From: an uncultured virus (IMG/VR IMGVR_UViG_3300025927_000001)
Lineage: Duplodnaviria > Heunggongvirae > Uroviricota > Caudoviricetes
Reading direction: 5' to 3' (one strand)
IMG/VR virus record: IMGVR_UViG_3300025927_000001
DNA length: 64,000 nt
Part shown: one piece after another, positions 47,126 through 56,229 of the stretch
How positions within the stretch are numbered: the stretch's first letter is position 1
Layout: each line of letters begins with the position of its first letter
Notes under the pieces: generated by a model
Told to the model about the DNA's origin: nothing
Seen by the model: the letters and a program-made list of their open reading frames with translations, nothing else
Database searches by the model: none
Program-made: the position numbers and the translations under genes

Positions 47126-47706
47126 CAGCTGCTGCCGTTGTGGTCGTGCTGCTGGTCGGCTTCACTTGCGATCCGCGCCGCGACATCCTTAGGGATGATC
47201 AGACACCGGAAACCCCAGGCAACACGAACACCCACCCGATCTCCATCGTGATATTGCGGTGCGGATCCGTGAGGGACAGCGCCATCACCATCGGGTGACG
47301 CACCGAATCCAGGGAGACTCTGGACGGCCTGGAGGGGCGCGCCACGACCCATGGCCATCGCTGCCATCGCCACCAGGATCCTACGGAGATGATCGGGCAT
47401 CTCGGGGGAATCCCACATTTCGAGCAGCTCCGCCTTCAACTGCTCCCGCGAGGAGTCGTCGGCGACCAACACCGGCTTAGGCTCGGACTGCGGGGCATAC
47501 CCCACCATCGTCAGCGCTTCGTTGACGTCGATCCCACAGGCTCTGGCTACCGCAACAACCTTGGGCATCTGCGGCTGCTTGGGAGGGTGAGGTCCCTCCC
47601 AATGCGCGATCGTTTGCGCCGACACGCCGGAAAGCTCGGACAGATTGGCTCGCGTCAAGCCCCTAAGTCTGCGGCAACGCCGCACTTCCCGACCTAAATC
47701 CCGCAT
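47122..47706 (-). CDS. XRE-family HTH regulator
   Basis: LG..VR..R…GLT…L…SGVS.QTI..WE. Confidence 0.8.
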   Translation of the reverse strand: MRDLGREVRRCRRLRGLTRANLSELSGVSAQTIAHWEGPHPPKQPQMPKVVAVARACGIDVNEALTMVGYAPQSEPKPVLVADDSSREQLKAELLEMWDSPEMPDHLRRILVAMAAMAMGRGAPLQAVQSLPGFGASPDGDGAVPHGSAPQYHDGDRVGVRVAWGFRCLIIPKDVAARIASEADQQHDHNGSSC

Positions 47707-48145
47707 CGTCACCAGGCGAGTGTCGCACACCTTCGGGGCTCAGTGGGGTGATGGTCATCGGATGTAATTGCGATGGTTCTAAATTAGTTCTAATCTTGAT
47801 CCTTCGCTGGTCACGAGGGGCGTTCGAGACCCAGCGAAATGTCCGTTTTGCAACTCCCAGTTTTGGAGACGACACAGGGAACTCCAACGCGGGCCGACCT
47901 AGAACCACACCCCCCTTCACGGGGAAAGGGGCACCACCGGTGACACCACTGTTCGAGCTTGGCGACAGAACGCAACGCTCGCGCATCGAACTGGGCGACG
48001 GCGACGCTGACCACCCGTGCGTACTGCGACTACGGCGGGGAACGCCCATCACCGCCAGCGTCGTCCGCGAACTCAACGACCTACTCGCAGACGAAGACGA
48101 CACGAGACCCAGCACCGACCCGGCGACGGAGGGCGCACACTGACC

Positions 48146-48394
48146 ATGGCGACCAACGGCGTTCCAGAACAAGCCAGCCTCCTGATGTGGGTGGTGTACG
48201 CCCACGTCAGCCCATACCCGCGTAGCTACCAAGCCCGGCAAGTCCGGGTCACCCGCGACGGCCCAGTGGAAACCGGCGAACACGCTGTCGGTCCGCTCGA
48301 CGTACTCCGTGGGTACCTCAGTGAGCACCAGGGCCTAACCCGGCTAGACCGGTCGCCCGACGATCACCCGAGCATCGTGGAAACCTGGCTATGA
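48146..48394 (+). CDS. Hypothetical phage protein
   Basis: W.VY…YP…AR…GL..L.R.P.D.P.IVETWL; GGAGG RBS. Confidence 0.65.
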   Translation: MATNGVPEQASLLMWVVYAHVSPYPRSYQARQVRVTRDGPVETGEHAVGPLDVLRGYLSEHQGLTRLDRSPDDHPSIVETWL

Positions 48395-48694
48395 GCGGTC
48401 ATCTAGGTCGGTTTGGCTTGGTTCGTAGTCCACCTCGGTAAGTACGTGCGCTACCGCTTCGGTGTGGGTTTCGCCCCAGGTCTCGCGGCGGTCCCGGTAG
48501 AGCCCGAGGAGTCTGATTAGTTCTTCGACGGGCATCGATACCCATCGGTCCGGTAGTGCGCTGGTGCAGCGCTTGCCTTGGGCGATGGCTTCTTTCACGT
48601 CGGGTGCGCCGAGGCTGGATAGGTCAAGGAGTTCCCGGAACCGGGCGCGTTCCTCGGCGGCGATCACGCGGGGCGGCAGGTTGGCTTCGGTCAC
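48389..48694 (-). CDS. Hypothetical protein
   Basis: Downstream of integrase. Confidence 0.5.
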   Translation of the reverse strand: MTEANLPPRVIAAEERARFRELLDLSSLGAPDVKEAIAQGKRCTSALPDRWVSMPVEELIRLLGLYRDRRETWGETHTEAVAHVLTEVDYEPSQTDLDDRS

Positions 48695-48703
48695 GGATTC
48701 ACC

Positions 48704-48922
48704 CTACGAACGCCCTCGAATCGCCGGGTCGTCAGGCGGGTGCTCGTTTTCCCAGACTGTCGGGTCTCCGCCCAGCGCTACCCAGACCCGCTTCTGATCT
48801 TCACGGGAACGCGCACCTCTGAGTCCAGACATCCAGCGTTGCTCCGCCGGGACGAGCCGCAGCGGCTCGGGATTGATCACAAGTCGCCGAACAGCTTGAT
48901 CATCGTCCATGTCAGGGATCAT
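48704..48922 (-). CDS. Hypothetical protein
   Basis: Overlaps integrase stop. Confidence 0.5.
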   Translation of the reverse strand: MIPDMDDDQAVRRLVINPEPLRLVPAEQRWMSGLRGARSREDQKRVWVALGGDPTVWENEHPPDDPAIRGRS

Positions 48923-50025
48923 CCTAGGTTCGCTTGTGAATCACTAGGCCCGAACGCATGATTGACTACAGCGGCTAGGCGTCCTGCTCCAGCGTGGCGC
49001 ACATAACCCATCGTGGTCTCGATGTTGCGGTGCCCGAGGATCTCCATGATCTCAAACGGATTGGCGCCTGCCTCGGCCAGGATGGTGGCGCAACCGTGGC
49101 GCAAGTCATGCCAGGTGGGTTTTTCGCCGTCGATCGCAGCCAGTTTCAGTGCGCGATCCCACTCGTCACGGATCCTGGTCGGGCGTAGGTGCTGACCAGT
49201 GCGCGGGTTGGCGAACACAGGGGCGAGTTTGCCTGCCACCGCCTGGTCGCGGACGTGGTGATCTAGCGCTGCGACAACACGAGGACTCAGCGGCACATTG
49301 CGGATGGTTTTGGATTTAGGGTAACGCCGCAAACGGCCATCAACGTCGATGATGTCGATGACTGTGACCTTGCTGTGGAGCAGGTTGAGGTTACACATCC
49401 GCAGTCCGCAGATCTCGCTGATGCGTAGTCCTGCGTCGTGGCTAAGTAGCGCTGCTGGCCACAGCCATCCGGGCAACGCGGCCAGCAGTAACATCAACTC
49501 CTCGTCGGTGAGGATCCGGGGCTGGTGCTCGTGCGGCTTCGGACCCTTGATCCCGAGGGTGGGGTCGTCGGGGCGGTAGCCAGCTTTGATCGCGGCGCGC
49601 ATGGCGTGGCGCAGCACCGTCAGGCGCACGGTGCGGGTGCCGGTGCCTTTGCCGTCGTCACGCAGCTCGGCGAGGTAACCGCGGACCATGATCTCGGTGA
49701 TCTCGTCGACGCGCTCAGTCGACCAACGTGCGGCCAGCGCCCGGGCGTGGCCCTGGTAGCCACACCGGGTGGACAGCTCGGCGTCGAGGACGCCGAGCTG
49801 CGCCCACCCGGTGACGTGCTCAGCGAAGCTGGGGATGCCTCGCCGCTGGCGGGCAACGTCGATCCCAGCGGTGGTGTAGCTGGAGTCCTCATCGCGTTCT
49901 TCTTGTTTCCACCACGCGTCGGCGTCGGACCAGCGGATGAACGTCTTGCTCCAGCGGCGCCCGGTGATCGCGTTGCGGGCAACGCCGCGATGGTTACCGG
50001 ACGGCAAACTTTCTACCCAACCCAT
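48919..50025 (-). CDS. int: Tyrosine integrase
   Basis: GLRISE, PKS, HDLRH, LGH…TT..Y catalytic motifs. Confidence 0.95.
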   Translation of the reverse strand: MGWVESLPSGNHRGVARNAITGRRWSKTFIRWSDADAWWKQEERDEDSSYTTAGIDVARQRRGIPSFAEHVTGWAQLGVLDAELSTRCGYQGHARALAARWSTERVDEITEIMVRGYLAELRDDGKGTGTRTVRLTVLRHAMRAAIKAGYRPDDPTLGIKGPKPHEHQPRILTDEELMLLLAALPGWLWPAALLSHDAGLRISEICGLRMCNLNLLHSKVTVIDIIDVDGRLRRYPKSKTIRNVPLSPRVVAALDHHVRDQAVAGKLAPVFANPRTGQHLRPTRIRDEWDRALKLAAIDGEKPTWHDLRHGCATILAEAGANPFEIMEILGHRNIETTMGYVRHAGAGRLAAVVNHAFGPSDSQANLG

Positions 50026-50672
50026 GATCTTGGAACCTCTCGCTACGTAGCGCACGCGCGGCGTTCCAGTGGGGAAACCTAGAGCGGTAGAGGTGGGCGT
50101 GTCCAGTCAGATGGTGATCTTCTGGGGCAAGTGGTTCCCCACGGCCTCGTTTGCGAGTTTCGTGCCGCGTCTTGAGTACGGCACTTGACCTGCTCAAACA
50201 GTCCATCCGAGACTAGCTACGACCACGACAACCGCGTTTAGGCTCCTTATAGCGGGCCGGGTGCGCTGACCTGGTGATTTACCGGTCCGAGGCTGTCACC
50301 TGCACCGTTGACTGTCAAGCAGCACCACATAGCGTCACCATGTGCCATGCGGGTGTCACGCAGCGTCCGACAGTGAGGCACCCGCCCCATGGTGTCCCCA
50401 TTGCTGTTGTATGCTGGCGTCGCTCCGCAATGGAGTTGCTCATCGAGATGCGGCAGGGCAAGTCAGGCTGACCACTTAGGGTAAGAACTTGAGATAGCGC
50501 ACTGGGCTGGGTGCGGGTGCGGGTGCTTGTTCCCTGTTCTTGAGGTCTCTGATGCCGTGCCGGCGAGTTCGTTCCGGTCCCCCCACCAAATCCAGCTGAA
50601 GTGATCAAGCAATGACCGACGGCAGCTTGACGTCGGAACACCCACGCGACTCTCATCGAGCGAGGAATCCCA

Positions 50673-50945
50673 GTGAACCTGACCTGTCCCTACTGTGATG
50701 CCCACATCGACGCCGCCGCCAGGGTGGCCCGCGGCAGTGTTCCTGAGATGTCCGATGAGGTGACCCGCGTCGCCGAGCTGCCCACCACAGCGGCCACAAA
50801 GGACACAGCGGCGCCCGAATACGAATACGCCGAGCACGTGCGCCGCATCGTTGACGATTTCCCGCCGTTGACCGCCAAGCAAAAAGACGAGATAGCCGCT
50901 CTTTTGCGGCCGATCATTCGCAGCGACCGGCAACCCGCAGCGTAG
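50673..50945 (+). CDS. Hypothetical protein
   Basis: CPYC N-terminus; IVD.FPPLT..Q…IA.LL C-terminus. Confidence 0.6.
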   Translation: MNLTCPYCDAHIDAAARVARGSVPEMSDEVTRVAELPTTAATKDTAAPEYEYAEHVRRIVDDFPPLTAKQKDEIAALLRPIIRSDRQPAA

Positions 50946-51067
50946 CGCCCACCGCCAACCTCAGCACTAAAAAAAGGAGCGCGGACGCGCACCGCCGCGA
51001 AAGGCATCATGCCCGGAAATGACGGGCGCCCCGGCGAGGGTAGCCGGGGCGCCGCGAACGATCACCG

Positions 51068-51379
51068 TTGTTCCGGCGGTACCACCTGAGCTGGCCGGCG
51101 CACTACCATCAGATTTGTGTCGAGAACATCGCGGTCGGTGCCCTGGCGGCCCGTGGTCACGTGATCCGGCCGCCGTACAAGTCAAAGGATCTGTCGGGGC
51201 TGCTCGGTTTGGACCCTGACGGGTATTGGCAGCACACCGCGTTGGGCGATGCGTATTGGGCGCGGGATATGTACGACGCCGCGATGCAACCGATTGTGCC
51301 GGTGGTAGCTGTCCCTGCTGTTGCTGACGCGCCACCCAGCAATCCGAAGGGACTGCTAGGGAAGGTGTTGGGTCGGTGA
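51068..51379 (+). CDS. Hypothetical protein (3'-5' exonuclease C-terminal-like fragment)
   Basis: W.AHY…HTALGDA.WA motif. Confidence 0.45.
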   Translation: MFRRYHLSWPAHYHQICVENIAVGALAARGHVIRPPYKSKDLSGLLGLDPDGYWQHTALGDAYWARDMYDAAMQPIVPVVAVPAVADAPPSNPKGLLGKVLGR

Positions 51380-51507
51380 GTACCGTTGGTTGGGTGGATC
51401 GTTCCCAGCGTCGCACACGACGCCGGTTACTTCGCGTTCCGGGCTCGTCGTAAGAACGGCTTCATCCCACCACCACGCCGCGGGGACTAGCCCGTTCCCC
51501 CCGTTGG

Positions 51508-51939
51508 TCATCCCGCCTTTGCAGCGGGGACCACGGGGGGTTTTGGGGAGTAGTCGGGGCATTCGCGTGGCTCCAACCGGGTTTTGAGGATTTTCCCACA
51601 GGTCGTGCACCATCGTTGGTGTGAGCAGTGGTAGTGCCAGTCGTCTTTGCGCCAGTGGTTCACCCACCGGCACGCCTGGTTCGGGGCCGGTATGAGACGG
51701 CCACGGCTGACGATCCGCGGGTATCGCATGAGGCTTTCGACGTAGCTTTCGAGTCGGATCTCGGGTGTGTGTTGGACACCGACTTTGCCTTTGCACCATT
51801 TGCGTGTTGGTCGCCGCCGCCGGTGTGGTGTTGGTTGCTCATCATCAACGGCGAGGCGTTCGTTTTTCGCGTCCCAGTGTCGCCCGTTCGCGTCCCACAC
51901 GGGGTGGATCATCCCACCCGAAATCCCGCCGTGCTCCAC
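51508..51939 (-). CDS. Hypothetical Cys/His-rich protein
   Basis: RKWCKGKVG..H…C.H…CTTCGK. Confidence 0.55.
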   Translation of the reverse strand: MEHGGISGGMIHPVWDANGRHWDAKNERLAVDDEQPTPHRRRRPTRKWCKGKVGVQHTPEIRLESYVESLMRYPRIVSRGRLIPAPNQACRWVNHWRKDDWHYHCSHQRWCTTCGKILKTRLEPRECPDYSPKPPVVPAAKAG

Positions 51940-51978
51940 CGCGAAACGCTGCTGCGTTTAGGTCGCTAGGTTGCGCGG

Positions 51979-52740
51979 GTGAGCACCCTTCTCTGTCAGA
52001 TCATCGCCGTCGAACCGCGAGTGAAAAACGGCGCATACAGTCTCGTCACTAAACTTCACCACGACACCCAACGGGTCCAGCAGGGCGGCCCGTTCTTCGG
52101 TCTCACCCGCACCTACACACCACTGGTCGCTGTTGAAGACGGCGGGGAGGCGCTGCCCGGCGAATCAACCCGAGTGCAGTTGACTATCGGTGGGATCCTC
52201 ACTCAGATCGCTGAGGCCAGCACGAAACTGTTCGACCTGGTCGCCACGAAAGACTGGGCTAACTGCGAAGCCAAAGCCGACATCACGGTCGATGGCACGG
52301 TCCTACTCACTGATGTCCCAGTGACATACCTACTGTTTTTGGAAAAGCAGCTCAAGGACATGCGGACCATCATTTCGAAGCTGCCCACGCTGGATTTGGC
52401 GGAGACGTGGCATTACGACCACGCCCGCGGGTGTTGGGCAACGGAACCGGTGAAAACCGCCCGAACGAAGAAAATCCCGCAGAACCACGTGCTCGCTGCC
52501 GCAACGGATAAGCACGCAGCTCAGGTCCACATGTACACCGTCGATGAGATAGTCGGGTACTGGGAGACAACCAAATTCAGTGGCGCCCTGTCCGCGGATC
52601 GGGTCGCGGTGCTACTGAAACGAGTTGAGGCGCTACAGGAAGCAGTTGCGTTCGCCCGGGAACAAGCGAACACACTGACAGTCGTTGACCGGAAAGTCGG
52701 CGCGAAAGTGTTCGAGTACCTGTTCGCTGCCTCGGAGTGA
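51979..52740 (+). CDS. DUF7873-like protein (name from recall, unverified)
   Basis: L.QIIAVE, G..RTY.P, LP.ES.RVQ, TKD..N..A.AD, VP.TYLLFLEKQL, RTKK, KFSGAL, AREQAN motifs. Confidence 0.8.
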   Translation: MSTLLCQIIAVEPRVKNGAYSLVTKLHHDTQRVQQGGPFFGLTRTYTPLVAVEDGGEALPGESTRVQLTIGGILTQIAEASTKLFDLVATKDWANCEAKADITVDGTVLLTDVPVTYLLFLEKQLKDMRTIISKLPTLDLAETWHYDHARGCWATEPVKTARTKKIPQNHVLAAATDKHAAQVHMYTVDEIVGYWETTKFSGALSADRVAVLLKRVEALQEAVAFAREQANTLTVVDRKVGAKVFEYLFAASE

Positions 52741-52746
52741 AAGGCG

Positions 52747-52827
52747 TGCGTCGTCGTCTAGTGGCCTAAGACACCGCGCAGCATGGGGCTTGGCGCGGCA
52801 ACGCTGGTTCGAATCCAGCCGACGCTC
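52747..52827 (+). ncRNA. tRNA-like RNA with enlarged, non-decodable anticodon arm
   Basis: GCGTCG/CGACGC acceptor, GTCT/AGAC D stem, GCTGG-TTCGAAT-CCAGC T arm; CCGCGC/GCGCGG stem closes 13 nt. Confidence 0.75.
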
Positions 52828-53364
52828 GTGATCGCAACACCAGTGTTGTACCTCGACATCGACGGCACCGTCCGCCACGGCTTCACCGAGCTAGGGAAGT
52901 TCGTCAACGGGCCCGACGACGTCGTGATTTTCCCTGAAGCGCTGGTGATGATGCGACGGTGGAAAGCCGGTGGCGGCCGGATCATCGGTGTGTCCAACCA
53001 GGGTGGGATCGCGTTAGGTCACGTCGACGCGACGGAATGCGCCGCGGCGATGGCACGCACACAGCAACTCGCTGAAGGGCTTTTCGACTGCATCCAGGTG
53101 TGTCCGCACCACCCGCAGGCACCTCATCCGGAGATGTCCCGGTGCTGGTGCCGGAAACCAGCACCGGGCTTGGTGATCGAAGCGGCGCTCGCGCTGAGGG
53201 GTCACAATGGCAACGAGGAGTTTTATCCACCGTATATGTCGCTGATGGTCGGTGACCGACCCGAGGACGAAGAATGCGCCCGTATCGCGTCCATTGATTT
53301 CCAGTGGGCGTCTGAGTGGCGGGAGCAAGCCGGGTCATATGAACAACCAGCCAAAGACGACTAG
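52828..53364 (+). CDS. HAD-IIIA phosphatase (GmhB/PNKP-phosphatase-like)
   Basis: DIDGT, VSNQGG, CPHHP…C.CRKP.PG, MVGDR.ED. Confidence 0.88.
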   Translation: MIATPVLYLDIDGTVRHGFTELGKFVNGPDDVVIFPEALVMMRRWKAGGGRIIGVSNQGGIALGHVDATECAAAMARTQQLAEGLFDCIQVCPHHPQAPHPEMSRCWCRKPAPGLVIEAALALRGHNGNEEFYPPYMSLMVGDRPEDEECARIASIDFQWASEWREQAGSYEQPAKDD

Positions 53365-53373
53365 GGGCGCCCG

Positions 53374-53619
53374 ATGGAACTGGGGATTTACCGACACTGG
53401 AAAGGCGACCATTATCTAGTGCTGTTCCTCGCGCGGGACAGCAGCAACAACGCCGCTAATCACGAAGACGTGGTGATCTACGTGTCGTTGGACCCGCCGC
53501 GTGCCGGCAACATCAACGCCCGCCGGAAAACGGAGTTCCTAGAGGAAGTGGAAACCCGTTCCGGGCACGTTGCGCGGTTCACCTACGTAGGGCCAGCTCC
53601 AGCACCGGAGACGGGGTAG
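53374..53619 (+). CDS. DUF1653-like protein
   Basis: GIYRHWKG..Y.V…A…V.Y…R…EF…RF. Confidence 0.8.
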   Translation: MELGIYRHWKGDHYLVLFLARDSSNNAANHEDVVIYVSLDPPRAGNINARRKTEFLEEVETRSGHVARFTYVGPAPAPETG

Positions 53620-53620
53620 C

Positions 53621-53653
53621 GGGTCGGGATGCGCTGCCCTGGCATCCCGACCC
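53621..53653. terminator. Hairpin between convergent units
   Basis: GGGTCGGGATGC / GCATCCCGACCC 12-bp inverted repeat. Confidence 0.6.
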
Positions 53654-53703
53654 TTCCGACCGATAGAGGGTCTCGAACTCTCTGGTCAATCCACCCGTTT
53701 GCT

Positions 53704-53848
53704 GGTGCCAGCGGCGTTTAACAGACGCAGTCATGTTGAGGAGCCGTGCTCTGCCGTTTGAGCTACGACCGCACGTGGTGGAGCGGTCGGCGGGACTCGA
53801 ACCCGCAACCCCGAGTCTTCTTCGCTGCGTCCGACTTGATCTGGCACC
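53704..53848 (-). ncRNA. Circularly permuted tRNA-like domain 2 (Y RNA/YrlA-like)
   Basis: Order T arm, CGACCGC-TCCACCACGT-GCGGTCG closed acceptor, D arm GCTC/GAGC; enclosed by GACGCAG/CTGCGTC and GGTGCCAG/CTGGCACC. Confidence 0.8.
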
Positions 53849-53868
53849 GGATGGCAAGGTGTAAGTCT

Positions 53869-54030
53869 GGAGCGAGAGTTTCAACCTGATGACGTGAACC
53901 CTTTGCCTCTACCGGTTGGGCAACTCGGGCTAGTGTGTCGCGTTTCCGTGCCCGAGGGAGGATTCGAACCTCCACTGGAAGGGTCGCTTTCGCCAGCTTG
54001 AGTGTCAGCTTCAGTCTTAGCTTGCGCTCC
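53869..54030 (-). ncRNA. Circularly permuted tRNA-like domain 1 (Y RNA/YrlA-like)
   Basis: ACCCTT, T arm GGAGG-TTCGAAT-CCTCC, CTCGGGC-loop-GCCCGAG, D arm, AAGGGT; ends pair as GGAGCG/CGCTCC. Confidence 0.8.
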
Positions 54031-54208
54031 TGCGTGGGACACCGTAACAGGCCGGTTACCGCACTGGCGGGTGGGTTGAACGAACCCCCGGGACGACATC
54101 GGCGGCGATGTTAGGCTGAGTGCCGCTCAGGGTGCCGTGAGCGCAGTACCACGGTTAAATGCTGGGTCCATGTCCGGGCAGCCTTGAGCATCACCCAATT
54201 TCTTCGGG

Positions 54209-54280
54209 CTCTCCTGCCAGGATTCGAACCTGAACTACCGACACCAAAGGACGATGTGCTGCCATTTACACCACAGGAGA
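54209..54280 (-). tRNA. tRNA-Gln(TTG)
   Basis: TCTCCTG/CAGGAGA acceptor, loop CTTTGGT, T loop TTCGAAT; one T-T mismatch in anticodon stem. Confidence 0.85.
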
Positions 54281-54305
54281 TTCAACTTCACAAAGACGAC
54301 TAGCA

Positions 54306-54569
54306 TCAATCCAAAGGCTCCGCATGTAGCCCATACGTTCCCATATCCATTTCCGCACCGCCTGGTAGCTCCAAGACTTTGGGTTTACAAACGACGCACA
54401 CGAGGTGCGGTTCGTCGTAAATGGTGACTGGTTCGGTGGCTGCACCGCCGCAGATTTCATCTTTAAGTTGTGTGCCAGCAGCGATAGAAAACGTTTGGGT
54501 TTGTAACGTCATGCCGCAGAATCCGTCACCGCCGGTGATCCACGCACCTGGGTTCACACCTAGGTTCAT
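54306..54569 (-). CDS. Hypothetical protein
   Basis: RBS-preceded ORF. Confidence 0.45.
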   Translation of the reverse strand: MNLGVNPGAWITGGDGFCGMTLQTQTFSIAAGTQLKDEICGGAATEPVTIYDEPHLVCVVCKPKVLELPGGAEMDMGTYGLHAEPLD

Positions 54570-55147
54570 CCCCCCGCCCCACTTCCTCGTTCCTTGACCA
54601 GTGCCTCATCGCTGCGGTGTGAATATCCCGGAGCGATGCGTCCATTCCAATAACGGGCATGTCGCCGGGGTCCAATATGCGCGGTTCATTTCCGCGTGTT
54701 CGCTGGAGCAGGATCCGTTTGTCTCCGACCCACGCGAGCCCCTGACGCATATCGACAGCCGCCTCACCAAGCTGGACCTTGATTTCAATGATCAGGCAAT
54801 GGGCGACCGGTGGTTCGTCGAAACGGTTCTCTAGGGCCGCCACGCCGTCTGGGTCCGCGACGCAGACCGCCATCAGTAGCAATTCCTCTGCGGGACGCAA
54901 CGATGGGTACCTGAGTTGACACGGGGCGACGAGCGGTACTGGCCGGTTGCCCAGGGACGCCCAACTCAGCCGGTATACCGTCGCGGGTGTTTTTCCCCAA
55001 CCGGCGTCGTGGTGTTGCTGTTCAAACCGGATAAGGAAATCCGCCACCATCGCGCGATCACCCGTGAAGGGGTGATCGACCCGGGCGGCGCTATTATAAG
55101 TGATCACTTCGACCCCTTCGGGTTTAGCAGTGGGTTCGTCGACCATC
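54526..55147 (-). CDS. Hypothetical protein (approximate start MVDEPT)
   Basis: E..H…GW..P..VY.L motif. Confidence 0.5.
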
Positions 55148-55720
55148 AGCCGGGTCACCTCTACCGGTAGCGGTGGGGGGTGGGACGTCGCTGGGTGGTG
55201 CGCCACCGCCGTTGTCTCGGCAGTACGGGCAGCACGGTCGGAGTCGCTGGTGCCACAGTGAGGTCCGCACGAGGCACGCGGTGGCCAACCAAACGACACT
55301 GCCGAACCACCACCAGCCGACTATCACCGAGACCACCAGCGACACGCCCAGCGCCAGTGCCAACCACGGAAGCCACCGGATGTGACCGACCAGGAAGTGG
55401 AAAGTCCGCAGGGTTCGGCGATGTTTGCCGCGCGCCAGCTCGGGTGCGTTGAGGGGGAAGTCGTTGCCGCATCTCAAACAGATCTCATCGAGATGATCGA
55501 TCGCGCCCATCGTGGCCATCCCGAACAACGCCACCAGCGCGAGCCACGGGATGGTCAGCCACCACAGGAAGTACGTCGCGGAGTACAAGGCAGCTATCAC
55601 GATCAACAGGGGCACCTGGTAGTGCGACAGCCAGATCGCGAACCGGTGGATCGGGCCGGATCGCCCGCCGGTGGTCGTAGTCATTTCGTTAGCGACCGTG
55701 GGAATGTCATCATCCGGCAT
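55124..55720 (-). CDS. Membrane protein with Cys/His motifs
   Basis: 4 TM segments; H..ICLRC and H..L.PCCPYC. Confidence 0.65.
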   Translation of the reverse strand: MPDDDIPTVANEMTTTTGGRSGPIHRFAIWLSHYQVPLLIVIAALYSATYFLWWLTIPWLALVALFGMATMGAIDHLDEICLRCGNDFPLNAPELARGKHRRTLRTFHFLVGHIRWLPWLALALGVSLVVSVIVGWWWFGSVVWLATACLVRTSLWHQRLRPCCPYCRDNGGGAPPSDVPPPTATGRGDPADGRRTHC

Positions 55721-56229
55721 GACTGAGGTCTCACCCGCCGCAGTTTGCTCAGAATACCGTCAGCGAGGCCGACTACGACGCGAGCCGCGTTCGCGTTTAC
55801 AGCTTCATCCGCCCCGAATACGCGGGGTTGCTCCGTGGCTATTTGAACAATAAGTTCCAGCAGATCAAATTCACGTTCGGTCAGGTCGAGGTCGCCGCAG
55901 TTGACTACGACGAGGTCACGCGACGGACCGAAATTGCGTTTGTGATCGGTACCTCGTCGGTAAACACGGGTCGGGAAAACACGACTGTCTTGGGATACGC
56001 TTTTCGTTCTGGGTGCCGGTCGCATAAGGGTGGGCGCTCTCTTTCGTTCAGTCCATTGCCGTCGCTACTACCCAAAGAACTCGCGGGTAATATCTTTCGC
56101 GCGGTCCGCCTTCTTCGTCGCTGGACTGTCCCAATCAAATAACATGACAATCCACACAATGGAACCGACCACTGATAGGATGACGACCAGCAGCCCACCC
56201 CAAAAACTAGGTTCAATATGCAACGTTTT

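Noticed and set aside
47848..47872. tRNA-Trp-like fragment (GTCTCCAAAACTGGGAGTTGCA on minus strand) as att core
   Set aside because: Short, mismatched and without the T arm or acceptor 3' half; could be chance.
50966..50977. Second CTAAAAAAAGG slippery-like run
   Set aside because: Lies outside any credible ORF pair; more likely the T tract of a minus-strand terminator.
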